A DNA stretch of 32,000 bases from Candidatus Saccharimonadota bacterium. GTDB lineage: Archaea > Micrarchaeota > Micrarchaeia > Micrarchaeales > Micrarchaeaceae. A program made the translations under genes and the position numbers. Of this stretch, positions 8,368-15,974 are shown in pieces. Position 1 is the first letter of the stretch, and the number at the start of each line of letters is the position of its first letter. The DNA is taken from contig OY969114.1 of NCBI GenBank assembly GCA_963698035.1, positions 270,001 through 302,000 of the forward strand, given 5' to 3'. The notes below the pieces were generated by a model. It made no database searches, was not told where the DNA came from, and worked only from the letters and a program-made list of their open reading frames with translations.

Positions 8368-9015
8368 ATGGGGGCAAAGGGAGCAGAAAATAAAATGCCT
8401 GTGATACTCTCCAGACTGAAGAAAAGGTACAGAAAGGAGATGATGACCTCTCTTGATTTTGGGACGCCTTGGGAGCTCCTAGTTGCGACAATGCTGTCTG
8501 CGCAGTCGCAGGACGCGCAGGTAAACAAGGTAACGCCCGCCCTATTCAAGAGGTATCCAGACCCTAAGAGCATTGCGAGGCTTAGGCCGCAGCGGCTTTA
8601 TCCGTATGTAAAGACTTTGGGACTTTACAGAAACAAGGCGAAGAATATAGTCGGGGCGGCCAAGTGCATATGGAATAATTTCGGTGGTGAATTTCCAAGA
8701 ACCATGGAGGAGATGATTGAACTTCCAGGAGTCGGGAGAAAGACAGCGAACGTGGTGCTCTCAAACGCTTTTGGAAGCCACAGCGGAATCGCGATAGATA
8801 CTCATTGCATCACCGTTTCAAATAGGCTCTTTTTGTACAATACTATGAATGCTGCGAAGATAGAACAACACCTGATGGAGATTGTTCCTAGGAAGGATTG
8901 GGGAAACCTAACGCATCTTTTTATAGCGCTTGGCAGGGACGTCTGCACAGCAAGGAAGAAGTACTGTAGTGATTGCGTGCTGAAGGACATCTGCCCGTCA
9001 AGTGATGCAAAATGA
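8368..9015 (+). CDS. nth: endonuclease III (DNA glycosylase/AP lyase, HhH-GPD with 4Fe-4S)
   Basis: HhH motif ELPGVGRKTANVVL, catalytic-region IAIDTH, and C-terminal Cys ligands C-x6-C-x2-C-x5-C (CTARKKYCSDCVLKDIC). Confidence 0.9.
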   Translation: MGAKGAENKMPVILSRLKKRYRKEMMTSLDFGTPWELLVATMLSAQSQDAQVNKVTPALFKRYPDPKSIARLRPQRLYPYVKTLGLYRNKAKNIVGAAKCIWNNFGGEFPRTMEEMIELPGVGRKTANVVLSNAFGSHSGIAIDTHCITVSNRLFLYNTMNAAKIEQHLMEIVPRKDWGNLTHLFIALGRDVCTARKKYCSDCVLKDICPSSDAK

Positions 9016-9677
9016 TGGCTGCATTGTACAGCGGTGGTAAGGATTCAACGCTTGCGGTGCAGAAGATGTATGAGCAGGGAAGGCCCGTGGAACTGCTCAT
9101 ATCAATGATGCCAGAAAACGAGTTCAGCTACATGTTCCACAAGCCGAACGTAAGGTTCACTGCTCTGCAAGCAGAGGCGATGGGAATCGCGCATGTCCTC
9201 TTCAAGACGCTCGGCGCGAAGGATGCAGAGCTGGTAGACCTGGAGAGCGCGCTGAGCGAGAACTCGGTCACAGAGCTCGTCACGGGCGCGGTAGCAAGCA
9301 GGTACCAGGCAGATAGGGTAAACGCTATCTGCAAGAAACTCAACATAGTGCACCATGCGCCCCTCTGGGGGATGGACCAGTTGAAGGAGCTGGAGGAGAT
9401 AGCAAACAGGTTCAATGCGATAATAACCAGAGTTTCAGCCGGCGGCATGGACCAAAGCTTTCTAGGGAAGAGAATCGACAAGGAGATGATAAAGACGCTC
9501 GAGAAGTTAAAAAACAAGTATGGGATAAACATGTCATTCGAGGGCGGCGAGGCCGAATCTTTCGTGCTCGATGCACCGCTCTTTAAGAAATCGATAAAGG
9601 TCGCTAAATCCCACATGGTGCGGCGGGGCTCGTCAGGCGATTATATAATAGACGATGCATTTCTGGAGAAAAAGTAG
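9012..9677 (+). CDS. PP-loop ATPase of the MJ0570/Dph6 family (diphthine-ammonia ligase-like)
   Basis: N-terminal PP-loop SGGKDS, then EFSYMFHKPN, GAVASRYQ and EGGEAESFVLDAP. 221 aa. ATGA overlap with nth. Confidence 0.75.
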   Translation: MMAALYSGGKDSTLAVQKMYEQGRPVELLISMMPENEFSYMFHKPNVRFTALQAEAMGIAHVLFKTLGAKDAELVDLESALSENSVTELVTGAVASRYQADRVNAICKKLNIVHHAPLWGMDQLKELEEIANRFNAIITRVSAGGMDQSFLGKRIDKEMIKTLEKLKNKYGINMSFEGGEAESFVLDAPLFKKSIKVAKSHMVRRGSSGDYIIDDAFLEKK

Positions 9678-9722
9678 GGCACCAAAAGGGATATTATTCT
9701 ATTTGCACATAGAATGAGCACA

Positions 9723-9794
9723 GAGCCCGTCGTCCAACGGTTAAGACGCTAGCCTTACACGCTTGAGACCGGAGTTCGACTCTCCGCGGGCTCA
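9723..9794 (+). tRNA. tRNA-Val (anticodon UAC)
   Basis: Hand-folded, 72 nt. Acceptor GAGCCCG/CGGGCUC, anticodon loop CUUACAC, T arm CGGAG-UUCGACU-CUCCG, discriminator A. One U:U mismatch in the anticodon stem, a C13:A22 mismatch and a 4-nt variable loop. Confidence 0.8.
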
Positions 9795-9820
9795 TTAAAA
9801 GGCATCGCTACATAATTTGC

Positions 9821-10213
9821 TCATCTCTCGCCTACTTTGACTTCAAAGAAATTGAGCTGCCCCTTCATGGGAATCGGTTTCATCCTTCTCGCATTTCTTA
9901 CTACGAATCCGTATATTTTGGAGTGGTACGGACCCAGATAGAGATGCTTATCCCTGTCCGCACGCAACGCCGCTGCGCTCTTGTATCGCTTAACATCGAT
10001 CAATGTTGCAGCTCCGATTATGAAGCCTCTTGGCAGATCATTTCCTAGATTGTGTATGAGTGCGCCTCCCATTATTGGACCTTTTGATGCGTGAACCAGA
10101 AAACGCCCCCTGAATTTAGTGTTCCAGTTTCTCAATTCGATGGTCTTTCTGCCGGAGCAGACCAGCTCGGCGAAAGGCTGCCGCAGAGATAGACACTTCA
10201 TGATATCGTTCAA
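9821..10213 (-). CDS. ASCH (PUA-like) domain protein
   Basis: LSLRQPFAELVCSGRKTIELRNWNTKFRGRFLVHAS is the typical ASCH N-terminal pattern. ~126-130 aa. Confidence 0.65.
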   Translation of the reverse strand: MNDIMKCLSLRQPFAELVCSGRKTIELRNWNTKFRGRFLVHASKGPIMGGALIHNLGNDLPRGFIIGAATLIDVKRYKSAAALRADRDKHLYLGPYHSKIYGFVVRNARRMKPIPMKGQLNFFEVKVGER

Positions 10214-10230
10214 GGGTATTTTCTTGCAAA

Positions 10231-10241
10231 AGTTTATAAAG
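10231..10241 (+). promoter_or_regulatory. TATA-like box (AGTTTATAAAG) ~34 nt upstream of sodN ATG 10270
   Basis: Spacing supports 10270 as the sodN start, giving a 19-aa propeptide. Confidence 0.35.
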
Positions 10242-10269
10242 AAAACTTACGATATTTCGGCGTGGTGGA

Positions 10270-10764
10270 ATGCACAAGATACTAGTGGCTCTAGACGGGA
10301 TAATGAACTTCAAGGTCGTATATGCGCACTGCGACATACCGTGCGGCATATATGATCCGCACGCAGCGCAGGTTGCGGCCCATACGGTATACAGGATGGA
10401 CATGCTTATTGCAGAATTGGCAAAATCCGGCAAGATGGAAGTAGAGGACAGAAGTAAGTTCGTCAGGTATAACCTCGTGAAGGAGCAGCATGCCGAGATA
10501 TGCAAGCATGAAATAAGCGTGCTTTGGGGGGACTACTTCAAACTGGAACATGCGAAGGCCAACCCAGGGCTTCATGAGCTGGTCTGGAACACGCTCAAAG
10601 CAGCCTCAAAGGCAAAGCAGAGCGTGAATGTGGCGGATGCAGATGCGCTCCTTGAAAACGTGGAGAAGGTAGCAGAGATATTTTGGAAGACGAAGAGCAT
10701 ACCAACCGTGAGAGTTAAGGCGCCCTACCCAACGGAGAAGGAGCTGGTTTTGCCGAGACAATGA
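10270..10764 (+). CDS. sodN: nickel superoxide dismutase precursor
   Basis: Ni-hook HCDIPCGIYDP (His codon at 10327) follows a short propeptide ending ...VVYA. Downstream, VKEQHAEICKHEISVLWGDYFK and IFWKTK parallel Streptomyces SodN (IKEQRAELAKHHLDVLWSDYFK, IFWETK). Confidence 0.9.
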   Translation: MHKILVALDGIMNFKVVYAHCDIPCGIYDPHAAQVAAHTVYRMDMLIAELAKSGKMEVEDRSKFVRYNLVKEQHAEICKHEISVLWGDYFKLEHAKANPGLHELVWNTLKAASKAKQSVNVADADALLENVEKVAEIFWKTKSIPTVRVKAPYPTEKELVLPRQ

Positions 10765-11072
10765 AGAGACAGATCATGCCTGTAGCCATATTCAGGGTAA
10801 AAGACAAGAGCATGAAGCCCTCCATCAACGATGGCGACTATGTCATTGCCAACCGTGTTTCCTATATTTTTGCAAAACCGAAGGCGGGGGATATTGTGGT
10901 TTTGAGGCACCCCTCGGGGCGGTTTTTCATAGTAAAGAGGATCGCAAGGATTACAGGAAAAGGCTACTTTGTTGTAGGGGACAACAAGCCTGTGAGCGAA
11001 GACAGCAGAAAATTCGGTGCGGTAGGAAGGGACTCTATAGTCGGTAAGGTGTTTATGGTAATAAGAAAATAG
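10761..11072 (+). CDS. sodX: S26-family peptidase, NiSOD maturation protease
   Basis: Ser box KSMKPSINDGD, Lys box IVKRIA, and GDNKPVSEDSRKFG (signal-peptidase-I-like box). 103 aa. ATGA overlap with sodN. Confidence 0.8.
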   Translation: MKRQIMPVAIFRVKDKSMKPSINDGDYVIANRVSYIFAKPKAGDIVVLRHPSGRFFIVKRIARITGKGYFVVGDNKPVSEDSRKFGAVGRDSIVGKVFMVIRK

Positions 11073-11092
11073 CTTGGGTGCACGCCAGAGAT

Positions 11093-13852
11093 TTAGCGCT
11101 CCCCATACTTCGCGTAGAATAAGAGATACTGGGACACTACCGATTCCGGCGCGGAGCCCCTCGTCTTCGCTATTATATTCCGTATAACGTCATCTGTTAT
11201 CTTGGCCTCTTCACCGCTCTTTATGTTCTGCTCCATGGCAAGCGCTTTTGCCTCCCTGCAGACATGGTATATGTCTGCGCCGGTGTAGCTCGTGGTCTCT
11301 GCGCCGAGTCGCTCGAAGTTTATGTCGGCGCTTACCGGCACGCCCTGCAGGTTCAGCTTGAAGAGCAGCGACCTCTGCTCCTTGTTCGGCGTCTTGGCGT
11401 AGACGAGCTTGTCGAACCTGCCCGGGCGGAGCGTGGCGGGGTCTATCACCTCGGGCCTGTTCGTCGCCCCTATCACGACTATGTTGTCATTCCTGTTTAT
11501 TCCATCTATCTGCCTGAGCATCTCGCTCGTTATTTGGGTGGAATATTCGCTCGCGCTGCCTCGTTTTAGGAGGAGCTCGTCCACTTCATCTAGGAGGATT
11601 ATTGCTGGGGCGTTCTCCTTCGCCCTGTCAAATGTCTCCTTTATTGTAGAGGCCGCCTTCTCCACCCCCTGATTGGCTATATCTGCGCCGTTGAGCTCCA
11701 GCATAGTTATCCCGTGCATCTCGTTCTTTATCGCGCGCATAAGCATTGTCTTTCCGGTGCCTGGGGGGCCGAACAGGAGAACCCCGTTTATGTTTTTTAT
11801 ACCATACTTCTTAACGAGTTCGGGGTGCATAAGCGGGATGACTATCGCGTCGTAGATTATCTTCTTCGCGTCATCCAGCCCCACAATATCATCAATGCTA
11901 ACCTCGGGGATTGACTCCTCGCCCGCCTGTCCATATGCGCTCCTCTCGAAATCAAGCCTGAACTTCTGGTAGACCTCTATCCGCGAAAGCGATACTGAGG
12001 GCTTAGTCGACTTTATCCTCTCAGTTATGTCTTCCTGTGTTATTTCCAGGACCTGGTGCTTGCTGGAAGCCTCTTGGGCCACAGTCTGGGCGACGCTCTC
12101 GCATACGGCCTTTATGTCCGCGCCGGTGTACCTTTCGGTCTTCTCGGATACCTTGTCAAGGTCTATGTCGCCCGCGATAGGCAGACCCTTCAGGTATAAG
12201 TCGAAGATCTTCTTGCGCGCCGTGTAATCCGGCGGAGGCAGGTATATGATTTTGTCGAACCTGCCCGGCCTTAGTATTGCAGGATCGAGTAGGTCTGGAG
12301 CGTTGGTGGCCCCGACGACTATTACCCCATGCACCTGCTCGAAACCATCCATCTCTATAAGCAACTGCGAGAGCGCTTGGGCGCTCGCACTGCCTGCTGC
12401 TGCCTTCTGCCTAGAGGTAGCTATGGAGTCAATCTCGTCGAAGAAGAGGACGCAGGGCGCGTTCTTCTTGGCGATTCTGAATATGTTTGCTATTATCCTC
12501 TCGGTCTCTCCGGGAAATCCTGATACAAGGTTTGCTGCGTTCACATAGTAGAAGCCGGCCCTTATCTCATTGGACAGGGCGCGCATCATTACCGTTTTGC
12601 CCGTTCCCGGAGGCCCGAAAAAGAGTATTCCTTTGGCAGGCTTGACGTTGTACGCCTTCGAAATGCCCGGTTCCTCTATGGGTGAAAGGATCGCATCCAC
12701 CAGCTCCTTCTTCGTAGCCTCGTAGTTGGCTATGTCGTCAAATGTTTCCCTGGCGTTGCCAGCCTCCAAGGTCTCGAACGCTTCGCCAAACCTCATGCGG
12801 AGGTCCTGCTTCCTAATGTCTAGCGTATTCACGACCTTGATGTTGAAGAACTCGAGCACGTACAGTATTGCTGGGGCGACCATGAACGAGATTGCTAATG
12901 CGATATGAGGCAGCGCGGTCATGGAAGAAAGCGAGAGCACTACCGCAGCGAGGGGATAGCCGACACCTATTATGCTTGCTAACGTCCCCTTGTACCTCAT
13001 CCTGCTCACCGAGGAGAAGCTGTCAATCGCAAATACGAGCACCATCAGCACAAAGAGCTGAGCAATGTAGTACTCGGGCGTTATCATGAATGAAGCGAGC
13101 AATGCAGTCGCCGCATCGCTCGATGCGGATGTGACATTGCCGCTGGCGAAAAGAGAAAGTGAAGACTTGAACCCTGCACCAAAGGTACTAATTGTCAGCC
13201 CGGGTCTCGAGGGAACTACGTACTGGACCAGGGAGGAGCTGACAACCTGCTGGTGCGCATAAGACGCATTGTATATTATGTATGCAGTGTTCTGCACGCC
13301 GGACACTGCGGAAAGCGTGACCGCCGCTACCACAAGCAGAACTGCTATCGCCCATGCTCTCTTGTAGCCGACGACAAGTGTTCCTATTATGAATGCAGGG
13401 ATGACGGCAAGGTAGCCGATTGGGCAGAACATGAATGCCACAATCGCGTATATCAGGAGGATCGTCCGGTAGTACTTGTGCCCGTATATCAGCGAGGCGG
13501 CCATCACTATCATGTACATCCATGCCAACGCCGGCATCTGGTATATCAGAAGCGGCAGTACTGCAATCATAAGCAGTATCAAGCCCAGGAACGGCTTCTT
13601 GACGGTCACAATGAACAGCACTACTGCAATCGCAATGATTATCAGAAGTGGATAGAAATTGAGCGCGAGGCAGGCTGCAGCGAACGCAAGAAGCACAAGC
13701 AGGCTGTCTATGAAAGCTGGAGACCTGACAAGATTCACGGCCTTATCGTCAAGGCTGTAGAAAAATATGGGAATGCGTTGGTGGCGCCTTATTATCTCCT
13801 TTACGTGCTCCTTCTCCTGAAGGTAAACCTTATCGCGAGATGATTCTGCCAT
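11093..13852 (-). CDS. membrane-embedded tandem AAA+ ATPase (Cdc48/VCP-type D1-D2 cassette fused to a polytopic N-terminal domain)
   Basis: Residues ~45-335 contain about nine hydrophobic helices. D1 has GILFFGPPGTGKT, VLFFDEIDS and ATNAPDLLDPAILRPGRFD. D2 has GVLLFGPPGTGKT, IILLDEVDE and ATNRPEVIDPATLRPGRFD. No protease domain and no double-psi-barrel-like soluble N domain recognised. Confidence 0.85.
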   Translation of the reverse strand: MAESSRDKVYLQEKEHVKEIIRRHQRIPIFFYSLDDKAVNLVRSPAFIDSLLVLLAFAAACLALNFYPLLIIIAIAVVLFIVTVKKPFLGLILLMIAVLPLLIYQMPALAWMYMIVMAASLIYGHKYYRTILLIYAIVAFMFCPIGYLAVIPAFIIGTLVVGYKRAWAIAVLLVVAAVTLSAVSGVQNTAYIIYNASYAHQQVVSSSLVQYVVPSRPGLTISTFGAGFKSSLSLFASGNVTSASSDAATALLASFMITPEYYIAQLFVLMVLVFAIDSFSSVSRMRYKGTLASIIGVGYPLAAVVLSLSSMTALPHIALAISFMVAPAILYVLEFFNIKVVNTLDIRKQDLRMRFGEAFETLEAGNARETFDDIANYEATKKELVDAILSPIEEPGISKAYNVKPAKGILFFGPPGTGKTVMMRALSNEIRAGFYYVNAANLVSGFPGETERIIANIFRIAKKNAPCVLFFDEIDSIATSRQKAAAGSASAQALSQLLIEMDGFEQVHGVIVVGATNAPDLLDPAILRPGRFDKIIYLPPPDYTARKKIFDLYLKGLPIAGDIDLDKVSEKTERYTGADIKAVCESVAQTVAQEASSKHQVLEITQEDITERIKSTKPSVSLSRIEVYQKFRLDFERSAYGQAGEESIPEVSIDDIVGLDDAKKIIYDAIVIPLMHPELVKKYGIKNINGVLLFGPPGTGKTMLMRAIKNEMHGITMLELNGADIANQGVEKAASTIKETFDRAKENAPAIILLDEVDELLLKRGSASEYSTQITSEMLRQIDGINRNDNIVVIGATNRPEVIDPATLRPGRFDKLVYAKTPNKEQRSLLFKLNLQGVPVSADINFERLGAETTSYTGADIYHVCREAKALAMEQNIKSGEEAKITDDVIRNIIAKTRGSAPESVVSQYLLFYAKYGER

Positions 13853-13933
13853 CTACCTCTGCCCACTCCCTCCAGTAAATATACGGATTTTTGATATTTA
13901 TACCTTCGGAGCTACCATATACACGAAACAACC

Positions 13934-13946
13934 ATATTAATATTTT
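13934..13946 (+). promoter_or_regulatory. TATA-like box (ATATTAATATTTT) centred ~26 nt upstream of tRNA-Tyr position 1
   Basis: Canonical archaeal TATA-to-TSS distance for a tRNA transcribed from its own promoter. Confidence 0.45.
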
Positions 13947-13965
13947 GAGGTTCAATAGATGATTA

Positions 13966-14064
13966 CCCGTTGTAGCTCAATGGCAGAGCGGCCGCCTGTA
14001 GTCTGTTAACTAACAGGAAATGTTAGAAAGCGGCAGGTTGGGCGTTCGACTCGCTCCAACGGGA
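13966..14064 (+). tRNA. tRNA-Tyr (anticodon GUA) with a 27-nt intron
   Basis: Acceptor CCCGUUG/CAACGGG with the C1:G72 pair typical of archaeal/eukaryal tRNA-Tyr. D arm GCUC-AAUGGCA-GAGC. Anticodon stem GCCGC/GCGGC is separated by 34 nt (CUGUAG + 27 nt + A). T arm GGGCG-UUCGACU-CGCUC. Mature length 72 nt. Confidence 0.85.
14002..14028 (+). other. tRNA-Tyr intron (assumed canonical 37/38 position)
   Basis: Boundaries are inferred from the requirement for a CUGUAGA anticodon loop. I could not draw a clean bulge-helix-bulge by hand, so the exact cut sites are provisional. Confidence 0.6.
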
Positions 14065-14076
14065 TTTGATGATATC

Positions 14077-14481
14077 ATGGAGGGCTGCATCTTCTGCAAG
14101 ATTGTGAAGGGGGAGTTGTCATCATTCAAGATATACGAGGATGTGGATGTGCTTGCTTTCCTTGATATAAGACCTGCAGTTGAGGGGCACACCGTTGTGG
14201 TACCAAAGAGGCACTACGAGAACATATTCGACATACCTGATGAACTCATTGGAAAGGTTACGGTCGTGGCAAAGAGAATATCCATCCGCTACAAAGAAAA
14301 GATGAAGTTAGACGGGATAAATATCTTGTCATCGAATGGAAGGGCTGCGGACCAGGAGGTCATGCACTTCCATATGCATGTGATACCAAGAAGAAAAGAA
14401 GACAGTCATGACCTCAGGATAAGTAATTACGGCCGTGATGGCAAAGACTTGAAGTCGATTTGGGAAAGGTTAAAAGAGTAA
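14077..14481 (+). CDS. HIT-family nucleotide hydrolase/transferase
   Basis: N-terminal CIFCKIV, histidine triad HFHMHVIPR. Start moved from 14020 to ATG 14077 because the track extension overlaps tRNA-Tyr. Confidence 0.85.
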   Translation: MEGCIFCKIVKGELSSFKIYEDVDVLAFLDIRPAVEGHTVVVPKRHYENIFDIPDELIGKVTVVAKRISIRYKEKMKLDGINILSSNGRAADQEVMHFHMHVIPRRKEDSHDLRISNYGRDGKDLKSIWERLKE

Positions 14482-14501
14482 TAAGTGCTTATCTTATACA
14501 A

Positions 14502-14573
14502 GCCTTGGTAGTGTAGTGGTCAGCATGCGACCCTGTCACGGTTGCAACCCGGGTTCGAATCCCGGCCAAGGCG
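14502..14573 (+). tRNA. tRNA-Asp (anticodon GUC)
   Basis: Acceptor GCCUUGG/CCAAGGC, anticodon stem CGACC/GGUUG, loop CUGUCAC, T arm CCGGG-UUCGAAU-CCCGG, discriminator G. 72 nt. Confidence 0.85.
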
Positions 14574-14631
14574 AATGAAAATGACGACGTAGCGCCGGGT
14601 TCTGATGGCCAAACCGGCTTGAGTGCTATTG

Positions 14632-15885
14632 TCAGTCGATTTCGATTGTATCTCCCACCTTTGGTGCAAATGCCTTGAATCCCTCCTCTTTGAGGTCATC
14701 GGCAAGAATCTTCGTGTTCTCTCTGCTGCCATGCACGCACACGACGGTGTTTGGGGAACTTCTCTTTACATAGTTATGAAGATCGCTGCGATCTGCATGT
14801 GCAGAGAGATCGTGGAAGCTTACAGGAGTGGTTATCTTCCTTCGCTCTTCGTCCAGCGTTATGTAACCATGGTCCATCAGGGTACGACCGTTCGTCCCTT
14901 CCACTTGGTATCCTGTCAGGAATATGTGCGAGTGCTTGTTTAGTTTCGTTATGTAATCAAGCACGGGGCCTCCGTTTAGCATCCCCGCCGTTGTAACTAT
15001 TATCGATGGCCCGTTGAGCGCCTCCTTCCTTGAGGACCTCTCCTCTATCCACGTCGTCTCCCTTATCGCATTGGTCAGGACATCCTTGTTATCTATGAAC
15101 TTTGGGAGGTTTATTACTATTGATGTTGCCTTCCTTGCCATGCCATCTATGTATGCAGAGGGAGTAAGCCCGTTCTGGTATAGTATTGACAATATCTCCT
15201 GGCTCCTGCCTACTGCAAAGACGGGAATGAGCGCGTTGCCCCCGTTGTCCAGAACCTCCTTTATTCTCTCTATCATTCCGGCTATCGTTTTCTTCCTGTC
15301 GGGATGCTCCCTAGATGCGTATGTAGATTCCATGATAAGTACATCGCTCTCAACCACCTCCGCGCCGTTGTGCAGGGTCTGCGCGGCAAGCTTGAAGTCG
15401 CCGGTGTAGACGACCCTTCTGTTGCCCTTCGCGTGCGCCTTCTCAATGAAGGTTATCGCGCTTCCGCTTATGTGCCCCGCATCGTAGAGTTCTATGTCAA
15501 AGCCTCCAAGATGCGCGGTAGTATGATAATCCAAGCTTATGAACTTGCTGTTGAAGTTCATCACCTGGCGCTTGTGGAAGTACGCCTTGGTGTGCTCCTT
15601 CTTTGCGATCTTTATCGAGTCCTCTAGGAGCAGTGTTGAAAGCTGCAGCGTGGGCAGCGTCCCAAATGCGGGTATGTTCATCTCGTTGTATACAGCAGCG
15701 GCGAATCCGCTGTGATCCAGGTGCGCATGGCTTATTATCATGGCATCCATCTTGGGCATGCTTATGGGATACTCTGTCTTGTGGTCTATTTTCACCCCAT
15801 AGTCGAGCATCAAGGTTGTCTCGTCTTTCAGCATTATGGCTGACCTTCCAACCTCTTGAGCTCCGCCAAGGAAACGTAACTGCAT
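14632..15885 (-). CDS. beta-CASP metallo-beta-lactamase ribonuclease, KH-less (second paralogue)
   Basis: LDYG, SHAHLDHSG, AGHISGS and YTGD. beta-CASP motifs ESTY, LSAHAD and VHGS. 417 aa. Confidence 0.85.
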   Translation of the reverse strand: MQLRFLGGAQEVGRSAIMLKDETTLMLDYGVKIDHKTEYPISMPKMDAMIISHAHLDHSGFAAAVYNEMNIPAFGTLPTLQLSTLLLEDSIKIAKKEHTKAYFHKRQVMNFNSKFISLDYHTTAHLGGFDIELYDAGHISGSAITFIEKAHAKGNRRVVYTGDFKLAAQTLHNGAEVVESDVLIMESTYASREHPDRKKTIAGMIERIKEVLDNGGNALIPVFAVGRSQEILSILYQNGLTPSAYIDGMARKATSIVINLPKFIDNKDVLTNAIRETTWIEERSSRKEALNGPSIIVTTAGMLNGGPVLDYITKLNKHSHIFLTGYQVEGTNGRTLMDHGYITLDEERRKITTPVSFHDLSAHADRSDLHNYVKRSSPNTVVCVHGSRENTKILADDLKEEGFKAFAPKVGDTIEID

Positions 15886-15938
15886 CTAATGCCTCAAAAC
15901 AGAATAGCCGCTTTTCCGATTGAAAATCTCCCAACAAT

Positions 15939-15949
15939 CTATTTAAACA
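15939..15949 (+). promoter_or_regulatory. TATA-like box (CTATTTAAACA) ~31-37 nt upstream of GTG 15975 / ATG 15981
   Basis: Position and composition only. Confidence 0.35.
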
Positions 15950-15974
15950 TTCCTATCCATATAGAGCTAGGCTG

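Noticed and set aside
14002-14028. Nested or double intron in tRNA-Tyr, suggested by the alternative CCUGU/ACAGG helix
   Set aside because: It would leave a 10-nt second intron with no plausible splice motif. A single 27-nt intron at 37/38 gives a normal 72-nt tRNA.
14020-14076. N-terminal extension of the HIT gene in the ORF track
   Set aside because: It overlaps the 3' half of tRNA-Tyr. The HIT family begins at the internal MEGCIFCKIV (ATG 14077).
14574-14631. Possible C/D-box sRNA after tRNA-Asp (AUGACGA ... CUGA ... UGAUGG)
   Set aside because: The C box is imperfect and no terminal D box (CUGA) follows at the right spacing. No kink-turn-compatible terminal stem was found. The region also contains the 3' end of the convergent beta-CASP gene.
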